NCBI GenBank assembly: GCA_963827235.1
Contig: CAWHAE010000020.1
Span: forward strand, 64,001-128,000
Source of the DNA: an uncultured bacterium
GTDB lineage: Bacteria; Chloroflexota; UBA5177; JANWHV01
Reading direction: 5' to 3'
DNA: 64,000 nt
Both the position numbers and the translations under genes were made by a program. Positions 37,302-49,508 of this stretch are shown in pieces; the stretch's first letter is position 1, and each line of letters begins with the position of its first letter. Under the pieces are notes generated by a model. The model saw only the letters and a program-made list of their open reading frames with translations, was not told where the DNA came from and did not search any database.

Positions 37302-38843
37302 ATGACGGCTGCTGGCGACCCCGATCTACATGAGGCAAGCGTCGAACGTCTGCAGTCATGGATGGCAGCGGGCGACCTGACGTCGCGGACGCTCGCAGAG
37401 CATTTTCTGTCGCGAATCGAACAGATCGACCGCCGAGGGCCATGCCTGCGCTCGGTGATCGAGGTCGATGCCAGCGCGCTCGATGCCGCCGAAGCCCTTG
37501 ACCGCGAGCGCCGATCCGGCGCTGTGAGGGGGCCTCTGCACGGCATTCCCATCCTGCTCAAAGACAACCTGGATACGGCTGGCGCCATGATGACCACGGC
37601 CGGCTCACTGGCCCTGGCCGGAGCACCCGCCCGGATGGACTCCACCGTTGCGGCACAGCTCCGCGCCGCGGGTGCCGTGATTCTGGGTAAGGCAAATATG
37701 AGCGAGTGGGCCAACTTCCGCTCGGGCTCGTCCACAAGCGGCTGGAGCGCGCGCGGCGGCCAGTGCCGCAATCCCTACGTGCTGGATCGGAATCCGCGCG
37801 GCTCGAGCTCGGGCTCGGCGGCGGCGGTTGCCGGGGGCCTGTGCGCCGTGGCAATCGGCACGGAGACGGACGGCTCCATCGTCAGTCCGGCCGGTGCCTG
37901 CGGCGTGGTTGGGATCAAGCCGTCCGTAGGGCTGGTCAGCCGGGCAGGCATCGTGCCAATCTCCGGCACGCAGGACACGGCGGGACCGCTTGCCCGTACG
38001 GTTGCCGACGCGGCGGCCGTCCTCACTGCTATCACGGCCCAGGCGATTGACCCTCGGGATCCGGCTGCAGCGCCGCGAGGCCCCTTCACGGACTACATGC
38101 GGGCGCTGGATCGGAACGGCCTCTCTGGCGCGCGACTGGGAGTGGCCAGGAATCTCGGCTTCGGATTCAGCTCGAAGGTCGATAGCGCAGTGGAAGCGGC
38201 AATCGACACCATGCGGGCGGCGGGCGCGGTGATCGTTGATCCGGTGCGGATTGCTTCGGATCTTGAAGCCGCGTCCGTTGCCGAGCATCAGGTGCTGCTC
38301 TTCGAGTTCAAGCACTGCTTGAACGCTTATCTTGCCGGCCGGAACGACGTGGCGCTGAACCGCGAGGGATTCCCGCGCACGCTCGCCGGGCTGATCGCCT
38401 TCAACGAGGCGCATCGCGACCAGGAGCTGCGATTCTTCGGTCAGGATCTGCTCCTCGAATCCGAGGCGTGCGGACCTCTCACCGATCCCGGTTACCTGGA
38501 CGCGCTTGGGACCAGTAGGCGGCTGTCCGGTCCGGACGGTATCGACGCCGTGCTGGACGACTATGAGTTGGATGCCCTGATCATGCCGACCGGCGGCCCG
38601 GCAGCGCCCACCGATCTCGTCAACGGCGATCCGAACACCCTGGGTACGTCCTCTCCGGCCGCGCGGTGCGGCTACCCGCTGATCAGCGTGCCTGCCGGCC
38701 TCGTGTGCGGATTGCCCGTGAATGTCACCTTCGCCGGGAGGCAGTTCGCCGAGGCGCTCCTGATCAAGCTGGCATTTGCCTTCGAGCAGGCGGCACAGGC
38801 GAGGCGGTCGCCCAAATTCCTGCCCACGCTGGCGCTGGATTAG
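37302..38843 (+). CDS. Amidase signature family enzyme
   Basis: GPLHGIPILLKDN, GKANMSEWANFR, GSSSGS, GTETDGSI catalytic motifs; GGAGG RBS before ATG 37302. Confidence 0.93.
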   Translation: MTAAGDPDLHEASVERLQSWMAAGDLTSRTLAEHFLSRIEQIDRRGPCLRSVIEVDASALDAAEALDRERRSGAVRGPLHGIPILLKDNLDTAGAMMTTAGSLALAGAPARMDSTVAAQLRAAGAVILGKANMSEWANFRSGSSTSGWSARGGQCRNPYVLDRNPRGSSSGSAAAVAGGLCAVAIGTETDGSIVSPAGACGVVGIKPSVGLVSRAGIVPISGTQDTAGPLARTVADAAAVLTAITAQAIDPRDPAAAPRGPFTDYMRALDRNGLSGARLGVARNLGFGFSSKVDSAVEAAIDTMRAAGAVIVDPVRIASDLEAASVAEHQVLLFEFKHCLNAYLAGRNDVALNREGFPRTLAGLIAFNEAHRDQELRFFGQDLLLESEACGPLTDPGYLDALGTSRRLSGPDGIDAVLDDYELDALIMPTGGPAAPTDLVNGDPNTLGTSSPAARCGYPLISVPAGLVCGLPVNVTFAGRQFAEALLIKLAFAFEQAAQARRSPKFLPTLALD

Positions 38844-39069
38844 CTGGGCACCCAGCCCTAGTCCAGGGATCGGCTAGGCAGCGTTGCGCTCCTGCGATTG
38901 GGCCCGCCTGCCCGGCGACGCCCGGGTCATGACCGGCGGCCTGCCCTTCGACCCACCGGCCTCTGCACCGGCTGGTACGCAGTGGCTCGGCGGTGCTATA
39001 CTCGCTCGTGCCGGCGATGCAGCGGCACAATCCGCGGTATGCCGCATATGCGCGTGGGATCGAGTGCGC

Positions 39070-39143
39070 GGGCGAATAGCTCAGTTGGTTAGAGCGTCCG
39101 GTTTACACCCGGAAGGTCACAGGTTCGAGCCCTGTTTCGCCCA
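39070..39143 (+). tRNA. tRNA-Val: tRNA-Val (anticodon TAC)
   Basis: Acceptor stem GGGCGAA/TTCGCCC, D-arm AGCTCAGTTGGTTAGAGC, anticodon arm TCCGG-TTTACAC-CCGGA, T-arm GGTTCGAGCCC; CCA not encoded. Confidence 0.96.
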
Positions 39144-39578
39144 CCCTGTAGCTCGTCCGGCTCTTCTGCCCCTCCCCTCGCCGTTGCGCTACTTCGCGCC
39201 CCGCACGCCCCGCGTCCGTCGACTGTGCGACGTACTTCTGTCGCCCGGCTCCGCGATCCCAGGGTCGTTGCATGTCGTGATGGCCCGCCGCATCCGGGCC
39301 TGGTCCGCTTGCCGCATGCCGGCCTCGTCTCGCACACCGCTCGACCCGGGGGGTGATGGCGGCGCCCGCCGACCGAACCGGTGCCGACCACCAAGCCTGC
39401 ATGAACCGGACTGGCCAATGACAGAACCCCACGTTGCTGGGATACTGGACTCGTCCGCCAGAGCTTACGTGGCACTGAGGCCGGCGTAGGTGCGGCGCGT
39501 ACGGACCGCATTGCCCCATCGGGTGAACCGGTGATCGTGCCTGCAACGGACAGGCAGTAGCGCGGCTACAGCAATTAG

Positions 39579-41504
39579 GTGAGGATGTCGCAGGTGCAAA
39601 CAGAGCAATCAGAGGGCACCGTCGAGGGTCGGGTCGGGTCAGCCAATGGTCGTACCACCCTGCCGAAAGGTACCGTGCTCGCTAAGCGCTATCAGATCAC
39701 GCAGGTGGTCGGCCTCGGTGGCATGAGCACGGTGTACGCGGCGCGCGACATGCGCTTCGCGAACACCTTCAAGCCCTGCGCGGTCAAGGAAATGAGCGAC
39801 ACCTCTCAAGGCAAGGCCGATCGCGCTCAGCTCCTGCAGACGTTCGAGCGCGAAGCCAATCTGCTCGCGGGGTTGAGCCACCCGGCGATTCCGAAGGTAT
39901 ATGACTACTTCACCCAGGGCGACCAGGTGTACCTAGTCCTCGAATTCATCAAGGGCAACGACCTGGAGACCGTGCTCAACGCCAACGAAGACCTCATCCC
40001 GCAGGAGACAGTGCTGGAGTACGCGCTGCAGATTGTCGACGTGCTTGCCTATCTGCACAACCACAAGCCGCTGCCGATCGTATTCCGCGACCTCAAGCCG
40101 TCCAACGTGATGCTCACGGACGACAACCGCATCGTGCTGATCGATTTCGGCATAGCCAAGGCATTCCAGGCCAGGACCAAGGGCACCATGATCGGTACCG
40201 AGGGCTACTGCCCGCCGGAGCAGTATCGCGGCATGTCTGAGCCGCGCGGCGACCTCTACTCGCTCGCCGCCCTCATGCACCACATGCTGACCCGCATCGA
40301 TCCGCGGCTGGAAGCGCCGTTTACCTTCGCGGAGCGCCCGCCGACCAAGATCAACCCCAGCGTGTCGAAGAACGTCGAAGCGCTCATCTTGCGAGCCCTG
40401 GCCTATCTGCCTGAGGATCGGTTCGCTACGGCCGAGGAGATGCGCCAGGCTATCGAGACGTGCATGACGAGACAGCGGATCGGCACGCACTTGATGACCG
40501 GCAGCGTGGCCGGCCTGGGCGGCAGCGTGGCCAATGACGGTCAGCCGCGACTGCGCTGGAAGTTCATGGCGGAAGACGAGATCAGATCGACTCCGCTCGT
40601 ACACGACGGGGTGCTCTACACCGGCACGTACGACCAGAACCTGTACGCCCTCGACCCGGTGACCGGCGCGCTGCGCTGGAAGTTCGCCACCGAAGGCGGC
40701 ATCTGCTCGACCCCGGCTGCCTCCGGTGACGTGGTGATTTTCGGCTCGGAAGACAACAACGTGTACGCGCTCAACGTGGCGCAGCACTCCGTGCAGTGGC
40801 TCTTTCAGACGAAGGCTCGGGTCAGATCTTCGGCCTGGCTCACCGACACGGCCTGCTATATCGGATCGGACGATGGACACCTCTACGCGCTCGACCTGCA
40901 GACCGGGTACGAGATGTGGCGCTACCGTACCTGGAAGCCGCTGCGCTGCAGGCCCTGCGTGCACGACCAGATGGTCTACATCGGTTCCGAGGATATGTCG
41001 GTCTATGCAGTGGAAACCGCTTCAGGCGTGATGAAGTGGAAGTTTCAGACCTTGCGCGAGATCACGAGCTCCCCGATCGTCGTGGACAAGTGCGTGCTGA
41101 TCGGCAGCATGGATGGGCACCTCTACTGTTTTGACGCGGAGCTGGGCTGGCAGATCTGGCGCTTCAAGACCGGCCACTACGTGCTCGGCGGTCCGAAGTG
41201 CCAGAACGGCATGGTGTACGTGGGTTCGACGGACCAGAATCTCTACGCCATTGATATTCAGACCGGTAAGCTCGCCTGGAAATTCCAGGCCGGCGGTCAG
41301 ATCAGCTCTACGCCGCTCGTGTCGGGAGACCTGCTCTTCTTCACCTGTATCGACCAGAATCTGTACTGTCTCAATGCGCGCACGGGGCGCCTCGCCTGGC
41401 GGTACCGCGCGGGAGGCATGATTCCCGGCTCGCCGATCCTGCACGAGCGCACGATCTACTTCGGCGCCGCCGATTCCTGGCTCTATGCGGTTTCAGTGGA
41501 TTGA
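39579..41504 (+). CDS. Hanks-type Ser/Thr protein kinase with C-terminal PQQ-like beta-propeller repeats
   Basis: GLGGMSTVY, AVKE, FRDLKPSN, DFG, PPEQ; eight W-[KRL]-[FY] repeats; no TM helix seen. Confidence 0.93.
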   Translation: MRMSQVQTEQSEGTVEGRVGSANGRTTLPKGTVLAKRYQITQVVGLGGMSTVYAARDMRFANTFKPCAVKEMSDTSQGKADRAQLLQTFEREANLLAGLSHPAIPKVYDYFTQGDQVYLVLEFIKGNDLETVLNANEDLIPQETVLEYALQIVDVLAYLHNHKPLPIVFRDLKPSNVMLTDDNRIVLIDFGIAKAFQARTKGTMIGTEGYCPPEQYRGMSEPRGDLYSLAALMHHMLTRIDPRLEAPFTFAERPPTKINPSVSKNVEALILRALAYLPEDRFATAEEMRQAIETCMTRQRIGTHLMTGSVAGLGGSVANDGQPRLRWKFMAEDEIRSTPLVHDGVLYTGTYDQNLYALDPVTGALRWKFATEGGICSTPAASGDVVIFGSEDNNVYALNVAQHSVQWLFQTKARVRSSAWLTDTACYIGSDDGHLYALDLQTGYEMWRYRTWKPLRCRPCVHDQMVYIGSEDMSVYAVETASGVMKWKFQTLREITSSPIVVDKCVLIGSMDGHLYCFDAELGWQIWRFKTGHYVLGGPKCQNGMVYVGSTDQNLYAIDIQTGKLAWKFQAGGQISSTPLVSGDLLFFTCIDQNLYCLNARTGRLAWRYRAGGMIPGSPILHERTIYFGAADSWLYAVSVD

Positions 41505-41532
41505 TCTGCCGCACACCGTCTGAGAGGATGCG

Positions 41533-41787
41533 ATGAGAACGATTGTTGCCCATATGTCGGGAGAAGATCCGTTTCTGGCAGAGATGGTAGAGCTGCCCAA
41601 GCCGACGGATACTACGGTAGAGGTTTTCAACGCTCGCACCCGCGAGGGTAAGCCGCTGCGGTATGCCAGCCCCGGCATGTCGAGCCTCATCTACCCGATG
41701 CACCGCGTGCAGTTCATCGAGGTCATGGCCAGCGAGGAGGAGCGTGCCCAGGTCGTGGAGTTCTTCCGCGAGCGTGGCGGCTACTAA
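41533..41787 (+). CDS. Small hypothetical protein (84 aa)
   Basis: GAGAGGA RBS, 28 nt after the kinase stop, globular-looking composition, followed by a hairpin. Confidence 0.75.
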   Translation: MRTIVAHMSGEDPFLAEMVELPKPTDTTVEVFNARTREGKPLRYASPGMSSLIYPMHRVQFIEVMASEEERAQVVEFFRERGGY

Positions 41788-41799
41788 AGCGCGGAACCG

Positions 41800-41823
41800 G
41801 GTTCCTGTCGGCTGACGGGAACC
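41800..41823. terminator. Hairpin between convergent genes (probable terminator)
   Basis: GGTTCCTGTC-GGCT-GACGGGAACC, 10-bp stem with one G:U pair. Confidence 0.5.
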
Positions 41824-41893
41824 ATGACGACCCGGGGCGGTCGACCTGCCGAGGCATGCGTGGTGCACGACCCTGCCGGCTCTGCGCGGCCGC

Positions 41894-43275
41894 TCACAGT
41901 GCCGCGAGCGGGCACGTTTCACAGCGCCGCGCGCTGCAATGGCTGTTCCACACGTGCAGCAATCCTTGTTGCTCGATAGCGGTGCGCGGCGTGGCGCCAA
42001 TCCCCGTCAGGCGGACCATGCGCTCCAGCACTGCATTCTGGCCGCCTCCCGGCAGGCCGCTATACGCGCGCTCGGCACGGGCCGCCAGCCTCGCGTTCTG
42101 CGTATTGAGCGCCCAGGCGGCCACGAGCGGGAGAATTGTATTCGTTAGCGATTCCAGGCCCCACGACCGGCCGGGCAGGCGCCGATCGGTGCCGAGCAGG
42201 GAGAGCAACCTTCCGCATGTGGGTGGGGGCTCGACGTCAACGGCGCCGGCCGTGTCCGCAATGAGGTTGCCGAGCCCGGCCCGGGCTGCCAGGGCGGCAG
42301 CGTAGCGCAAACGGACCTCCGGCAGGTTCGATGGCCTGACTCGGAATCGCCGCCAGCTGCCCCGCGGCAGGGGCCGGCCAGGCCAGCAGTCGCGATAGGC
42401 GTGCCACAGCTCGCGGATCTCCGCGTCCACGTTGGCGCTCTCCAGCAATCCGGACATGCCGAGTAGCACCGCGGTGGCAACCGCCTCGGCACGGGGGCCT
42501 TTGGCCGCCATGAGCGCGTCCAGGGTCGCGCCGCCAACCGCGGCTGCCAGCGCCGCGCACGGCCCAGCATTCTTGCCGAGGCCGGCGCACTGGAGCAGGG
42601 CCAAGAGCGCGCAGTCCTCGACCGGCTTGCTCTGGAGCAGCGCCTGCCAGGTGACCACACGCCGATCGAATCGTGCCATTCCGGCATGGCGTAAGGCCTC
42701 AACCACTGCCCGCGTCGGTCGGCTCGCCCCGGCCGGGCGATAGCAGGGCGCCGCGCGCTCCCGCGGAGTGTCGCCGGCGGCGCGCCGAGCCAGAACAGGT
42801 CCGAGGGCAAGCAGCGGAATGGGCAGACCGCGGTGGGTGAAGGCTGGACCGCCGTCGTCCAGCAGAACGACGTGCAATATGACGCCATCGTATCTTGCAT
42901 CGTGCTGATGCCCGTGGCGCTCCCAGGAAGTTGCCTCGAGGTGCAGCTCGACGTCACCGCGGTGGGGCGGGTCGCGGTCGAAGGAGAGAAAGGCACCGAT
43001 GAAGTCGGGCCCGGCGTCGGTGTTTGCCACTCCGGGAAAGAGAACGTGCAGGGGACGACCGTCGCGCGTCTGAAGAGCGACCGGAATACGCTGGTCTTCC
43101 CAGATCCGCCACAGGTCCCGCTCGCTCTCTGGTGCCGTGTCGTGACGAAACGGGTGGTCCGCGGCCCGGCTCGCACGGGATGTCGCCGCGATCGCCGGAT
43201 TTGCGCGCCCGGAGCCGGCGCCTTCCCGCGCGGCGCTCCTCCTGCTGCCGGCGTCGGGCGCGCGGCTTGCACCAT
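41894..43275 (-). CDS. DUF2851 family protein (5' end uncertain, probable frameshift)
   Basis: FPGVANTDAGPDF, GDVELH, WERHGH, VILHVV, RPSNLP, QQGLLH, CETCPL; the conserved-looking frame extends upstream of the first canonical start (43030). Confidence 0.75.
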
Positions 43276-43278
43276 CGC

Positions 43279-45336
<2,058 letters not shown>

Positions 45337-45574
45337 CGGTTATTGCAGCGCCTCCTGCACCAGATTCTACCCGCCGGCGGCGGTTTCACGGAAGAACCTG
45401 GGCAGGACCAGCCCGGGCGAGCGAGTGGCACACCTGTCCGCGGCAACGGGACGTTGCTCAAAGCTCGCAGCCCAAGTGGACCTGCCTGCTCGCTCGATCC
45501 TTTCGGCCCGGTACGCGGGGGCCGCGCCGAGGATCGCTGCAGCATGTAGAATGTGCTCAGAGGAGGCCGCGCAG

Positions 45575-46144
45575 ATGGTCGCTCAGCAGCAGGGTCCCGT
45601 GTTCACGTACGAAGAGTACGATGAGTTCGAGCTGCACGCGGCCGAAAGGCACGAGTACCACGGGGGTTACGTGTTCGCTATGTCGGGCGGCACGCTGAAT
45701 CATAGCCAGATCAGCGGCAACGTGTATGCCCTGATTCGCGCCGTGGTGCGCGGCGGGCAGTGCAGAGCGTACACGGAAGCCGTGCGAGTGCACGCCACGA
45801 CCGGCGACGACGTGTATCCCGACGTGTCGGTGACCTGTGATCGAAGAGACGTTTCCGACATGCGCCGCCGTGTCATCGATCATCCTGCGTTGGTCGTGGA
45901 GGTGCTGTCTCCGTCGACCGCGGTCTACGATCAGACTGCCAAGTTCGAGCTATACAGGCAGATACCGGACCTGCGAGAGTACGTGCTGATCGACGGCATC
46001 GACTCGCGGCGGGTCGAGGTGCGTCGTAATGAGGGCTCGGGCACGTGGTCGACCACGCTGTATGCCGGGTCGGACGACGTCCATCTTGCGGCGATCGGCC
46101 TCACCATTCCGATGGGCGCGATCTACGAGGATACTGATCTCTAG
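45575..46144 (+). CDS. Uma2 (DUF820) family putative endonuclease
   Basis: RHEYHGG, AMSGGT, YPDVSVTC, VEVLSPST, KFELYRQIPDLREYVLID; AGGAGG RBS. Confidence 0.9.
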   Translation: MVAQQQGPVFTYEEYDEFELHAAERHEYHGGYVFAMSGGTLNHSQISGNVYALIRAVVRGGQCRAYTEAVRVHATTGDDVYPDVSVTCDRRDVSDMRRRVIDHPALVVEVLSPSTAVYDQTAKFELYRQIPDLREYVLIDGIDSRRVEVRRNEGSGTWSTTLYAGSDDVHLAAIGLTIPMGAIYEDTDL

Positions 46145-46396
46145 CAGCCTGTCAACAGCGAAGGCTCACGCTCCCCGCCAGAACCGTCGGCGTCACGCTG
46201 CCTCGCGTACTCCGGTCCCAGGTCGTTGCCCTGGTACGACGAATGCCGGTCGAGAGACTACAAGCCGGCGACCGCGTCTCGTCCAGGGCGTCACGTGCGG
46301 ATATAGTGCCCCTCCTTGCCTGGACGGGATCCCGGAGACTCGGTCGATCCCACGTTCGTAGTGTCGACGGCTATCTACCTTGCGGTGACAAGGAAA

Positions 46397-46434
46397 GAGC
46401 CGCGGGTCTGCTCGTAAGGGCAGCCTCGCGGCTC
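46397..46434. terminator. Hairpin between convergent genes (probable terminator)
   Basis: GAGCCGCG...CGCGGCTC stem with GTAA tetraloop, T-rich run downstream. Confidence 0.5.
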
Positions 46435-46462
46435 AGGGTTTTGTTGTTGGCTTGTGTCGAGG

Positions 46463-48196
46463 TCAGCGCACCTGGAAGTCGTCGAGAAGGGTGTAGGCGT
46501 TGTCCACGTTGACCAGCTTGATCGTGTGCAAGCCTGTGGGCAATCCCGTCATCTTGAAGAGTATCTGGCCACCCTTGTTGCCGGCGGTCGTGTTGCCGGC
46601 GTTCACGGTCTTCTTGAGCGTGCCGTCTAGGTAGATGGCGACCGAGCCGTAGCCCACGCTCAGCTCAGAGACGTACGCGATGCCGGTACCGCTGAAGGTG
46701 TAGGTGAGGGAGTCACCCGGCACGTAGGTGGCATGCACGTCATTGTCGAAGTCGTTGAAGCCGAGCGGCCGGCCCGCGAAGTATGTCCAGACCCCCGTGT
46801 ACACGATGCTCGGGTCGTTGTCGTTGATCGTGGCGGCAATCTTCACCGGGCTCGGCGCCTTGCTGCCGATCTGGGCGGTGAACGCCGCGCCCATGTAGTT
46901 GTTGCCATAGATGGCGGCGATCACTGCCGTGTTCCCGTCCGTGGCCGCGGCCGAGCCGAGGCCCAGGGCGCCGGCCCGAGTGAGCTTCGACGTCTGCACC
47001 AGGCTGATTCCGCTCGTGGCCAGCGCGGAGCCGGGAACAGGCGCGGCCTGGACGGGCTGCGGCACGGTCGTCTGTGCGAACACGTAGGCGGCGTTGGCGC
47101 CGTAGGCACCGATCACTGCGTCGGCCTGGCCCGCCGAGGTGCCCAGCGAGACCGAGCCACCGAACTGGTCGAGTGCGGCGGCATCGCTCGCCTGAAGTGT
47201 GATGGGCGTTCGCCACAAGGTGCCGCTCTGCGTGTACAGGTACGCCTTGCCGTTGCCGGCGCCATTCTTGTCGAAGGGCGCGCCGATCAGGGCCAGACCG
47301 CCGTCGACCGAGATGGACGTGCCGAAGGAGGCGCCGGTGGTCGGTGATGGGGCAGTGAGCTTGGCCTGCTCGGCCCAGCCGGCGCCGCCCTTGAGCGACA
47401 TTCCAGTGCTGGCGAAGACGTAAGCGGCACCAGCCGACTGGTTGACTATGACGCTGTCATTCTGCTTGGAGGTAACGGTGGCTCCCGGGGCTCCGACCAA
47501 TGCGTTGGTTCCGCTGATCGAGACCGATACTCCAAGGTTGTCCTGCGGCTGCCCGTCGTCGGCGAGCACGTTCTTGGCCAGCTGCCACTGGCCCGGGCGG
47601 ATCTCGTGGAAGAGCCAGGCCTCGCCGGTGTTGGAGTTGAACCCGGGAGCACCGAGCAGAGCGTCCGCGCCGTCGTAGGCTACCGACTCGCCGAGCTTAT
47701 CGCCGGCGAGCCCGCAGCCGATGGTGCCCGTTGGGCTCCAGGCCGTGCCCGACCGATCGAACTCGAACACGGCGCCCGTTTGCTGGCCAGTCGATCCGTT
47801 GCAGTCGGTGGCAACATGCGCCGGGTCTCCCACGAGAATGGTATCGCCGTAGATCGCAACTGACGTGCCGAATTGATCGCTGGAGGCAGTCGACGGATCC
47901 GCTAGGCGTGCCTGCTCAGCCCATCCGGTCGAGGTCTTGACGAACACGTAGGCGGAGTTGTCTCCAATGGAACCGACGACGGCCGTGTTGCCGCTGACGG
48001 CAAGCGAGTTGGCGGTACGCGCGTAGGCGCTGATGTTGAGTGTTGCGGGCTCGAGCTGCGTGAGGGCTGGAACTGTGGCGCGCGGCGCGGCGGCATCGGC
48101 CTGGGACAGAGTCACCAACAAAAGTGGTACCGCGAGGAACGCTGCTCCGAATAATCGTCCGGCGGACTTTGCGGAGTGAGTGGAGGGTGTGATCAT
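46463..48196 (-). CDS. Secreted FG-GAP (integrin-alpha-like) repeat protein with C-terminal beta-sandwich, possibly carbohydrate-binding
   Basis: Signal peptide ending ADA-A; about seven repeats such as FGTSVAIYGDTILVGDP and FGTSISVDGGLALIGAP; C-terminal INDNDPSIVYTGVW...GDSLTYTFSGTGI module. Confidence 0.8.
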   Translation of the reverse strand: MITPSTHSAKSAGRLFGAAFLAVPLLLVTLSQADAAAPRATVPALTQLEPATLNISAYARTANSLAVSGNTAVVGSIGDNSAYVFVKTSTGWAEQARLADPSTASSDQFGTSVAIYGDTILVGDPAHVATDCNGSTGQQTGAVFEFDRSGTAWSPTGTIGCGLAGDKLGESVAYDGADALLGAPGFNSNTGEAWLFHEIRPGQWQLAKNVLADDGQPQDNLGVSVSISGTNALVGAPGATVTSKQNDSVIVNQSAGAAYVFASTGMSLKGGAGWAEQAKLTAPSPTTGASFGTSISVDGGLALIGAPFDKNGAGNGKAYLYTQSGTLWRTPITLQASDAAALDQFGGSVSLGTSAGQADAVIGAYGANAAYVFAQTTVPQPVQAAPVPGSALATSGISLVQTSKLTRAGALGLGSAAATDGNTAVIAAIYGNNYMGAAFTAQIGSKAPSPVKIAATINDNDPSIVYTGVWTYFAGRPLGFNDFDNDVHATYVPGDSLTYTFSGTGIAYVSELSVGYGSVAIYLDGTLKKTVNAGNTTAGNKGGQILFKMTGLPTGLHTIKLVNVDNAYTLLDDFQVR

Positions 48197-48563
48197 TGTG
48201 CTGCTGTCCTTCTAGTCTGGAAGCTGTCTTCATTGCTATTCGTGGCGGGCGGCGGGCGGTCCGCCGGGCCCGCTGCGCCGTGTGACTGGGTCGGCCGCCC
48301 CGTCACATTCACGAGTATGGGCCTTCAAGAGGGCGCGAGCCATGGACAGTGGCCGCACAATACACGGACAAGGACCCGTACACCGGCTCGACGTACTGAC
48401 CGCGCGCTCTCGTCCGCTACGGTCTCAGCACGTCGCCTCGGGCCGGTCTCGGGCGCCGCTGCACTCATGCGGGTGAGGAGCGCGGACGACTGCAGTACCA
48501 TTGGACTGGCGTCACGGGCCGCAGTGCCCTTCTGCTACCTCAAGGCCGCGGGTTGTAGGGGAC

Positions 48564-49508
48564 CTACTCTCGCACTGCGCCTGCGACCAGACCTCGCACC
48601 AGGTGGCGCTGCACGAGCAGCGCAAAGACGAAGATGGGGCCGGCGATCAGCACGCATGCTGCGGATAGGTTGCCCCACACGACGACGTGGGCACTGAGGA
48701 ACAGCGAGGCGGCAACGGGAGCAGTGCGCGCGTTCTCCGACGTCAGGGTGACGGCGAACAAGAACTCGTTCCAGTTGAACAGCAGGCTGAGGATGGTGGT
48801 GGCTGCCAGGCCCGGTGCCACCAGGGGTAGCGTGATCCTTGTCAACGCTCCCAGCCGGCTGCAGCCGTCGATCTGCGCGCATTCCTCTAGCGCGGCCGGT
48901 ACGTCTGTAATGAATCCGCGCATCATCCAGATCACCAGCGAAAGGCTAAAGGATAGGTAGAGCACGATCAGGCCGATGAAGGTGTCGATCAGATGGATCT
49001 TGCTGTAGAGCACGAAAACGGGGACCAGGATGCCAAGTGGGGGCAGAATGCGGGTAGCCAGGATGGCCATCGCCAGCACGCCCCGGCCCGGGAATCGGAA
49101 ACGGGCCAGCACGTAGGCGGCAGGCGCACCAAGTATCAGCGCCAGTCCTGTGGACGCGATGCCTATCACGAAGCTGTGCAGCAGGTCGGCGGTGAAGTCG
49201 GGCACGGCCACGGCAGTCTGGAAGGATGCACTGCCTCGTAGCACGTTGATGTAGTTGTCGAGCGTGGGATGAAAAGCGATCAGGTGCGGAGGCAGGGTGG
49301 CCACGTCGCTCTGCCGCTTGAACGAGGTGGTTACGATCCAGTAGATCGGGAACAGGAAGACGACCAGCACGACAAGCACGACTAACCGCACGAGGGTGTT
49401 GACTGCGGCCTGCCTGCCGCTCCGCCCATTTACATTGTGCCGCAGCCACCGGCCAATCGGAGACTCGCCGGCGACAACCAGGGGCGCGGTGCCGGAATTG
49501 TCGCTCAC
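48564..49508 (-). CDS. Carbohydrate ABC transporter permease
   Basis: LFPIYWIVTTSFK, LEECAQIDG, WNEFLFA, GLVAGAVR; GTG start overlaps upstream stop (GTGA). Confidence 0.92.
   Translation of the reverse strand: MSDNSGTAPLVVAGESPIGRWLRHNVNGRSGRQAAVNTLVRLVVLVVLVVFLFPIYWIVTTSFKRQSDVATLPPHLIAFHPTLDNYINVLRGSASFQTAVAVPDFTADLLHSFVIGIASTGLALILGAPAAYVLARFRFPGRGVLAMAILATRILPPLGILVPVFVLYSKIHLIDTFIGLIVLYLSFSLSLVIWMMRGFITDVPAALEECAQIDGCSRLGALTRITLPLVAPGLAATTILSLLFNWNEFLFAVTLTSENARTAPVAASLFLSAHVVVWGNLSAACVLIAGPIFVFALLVQRHLVRGLVAGAVRE

Noticed and set aside
38884-39546. ORFs overlapping the tRNA, and the tRNA as an island integration site
   Set aside because: The ORFs are low-complexity and overlap a clear tRNA; no integrase or duplicated tRNA 3' end was seen
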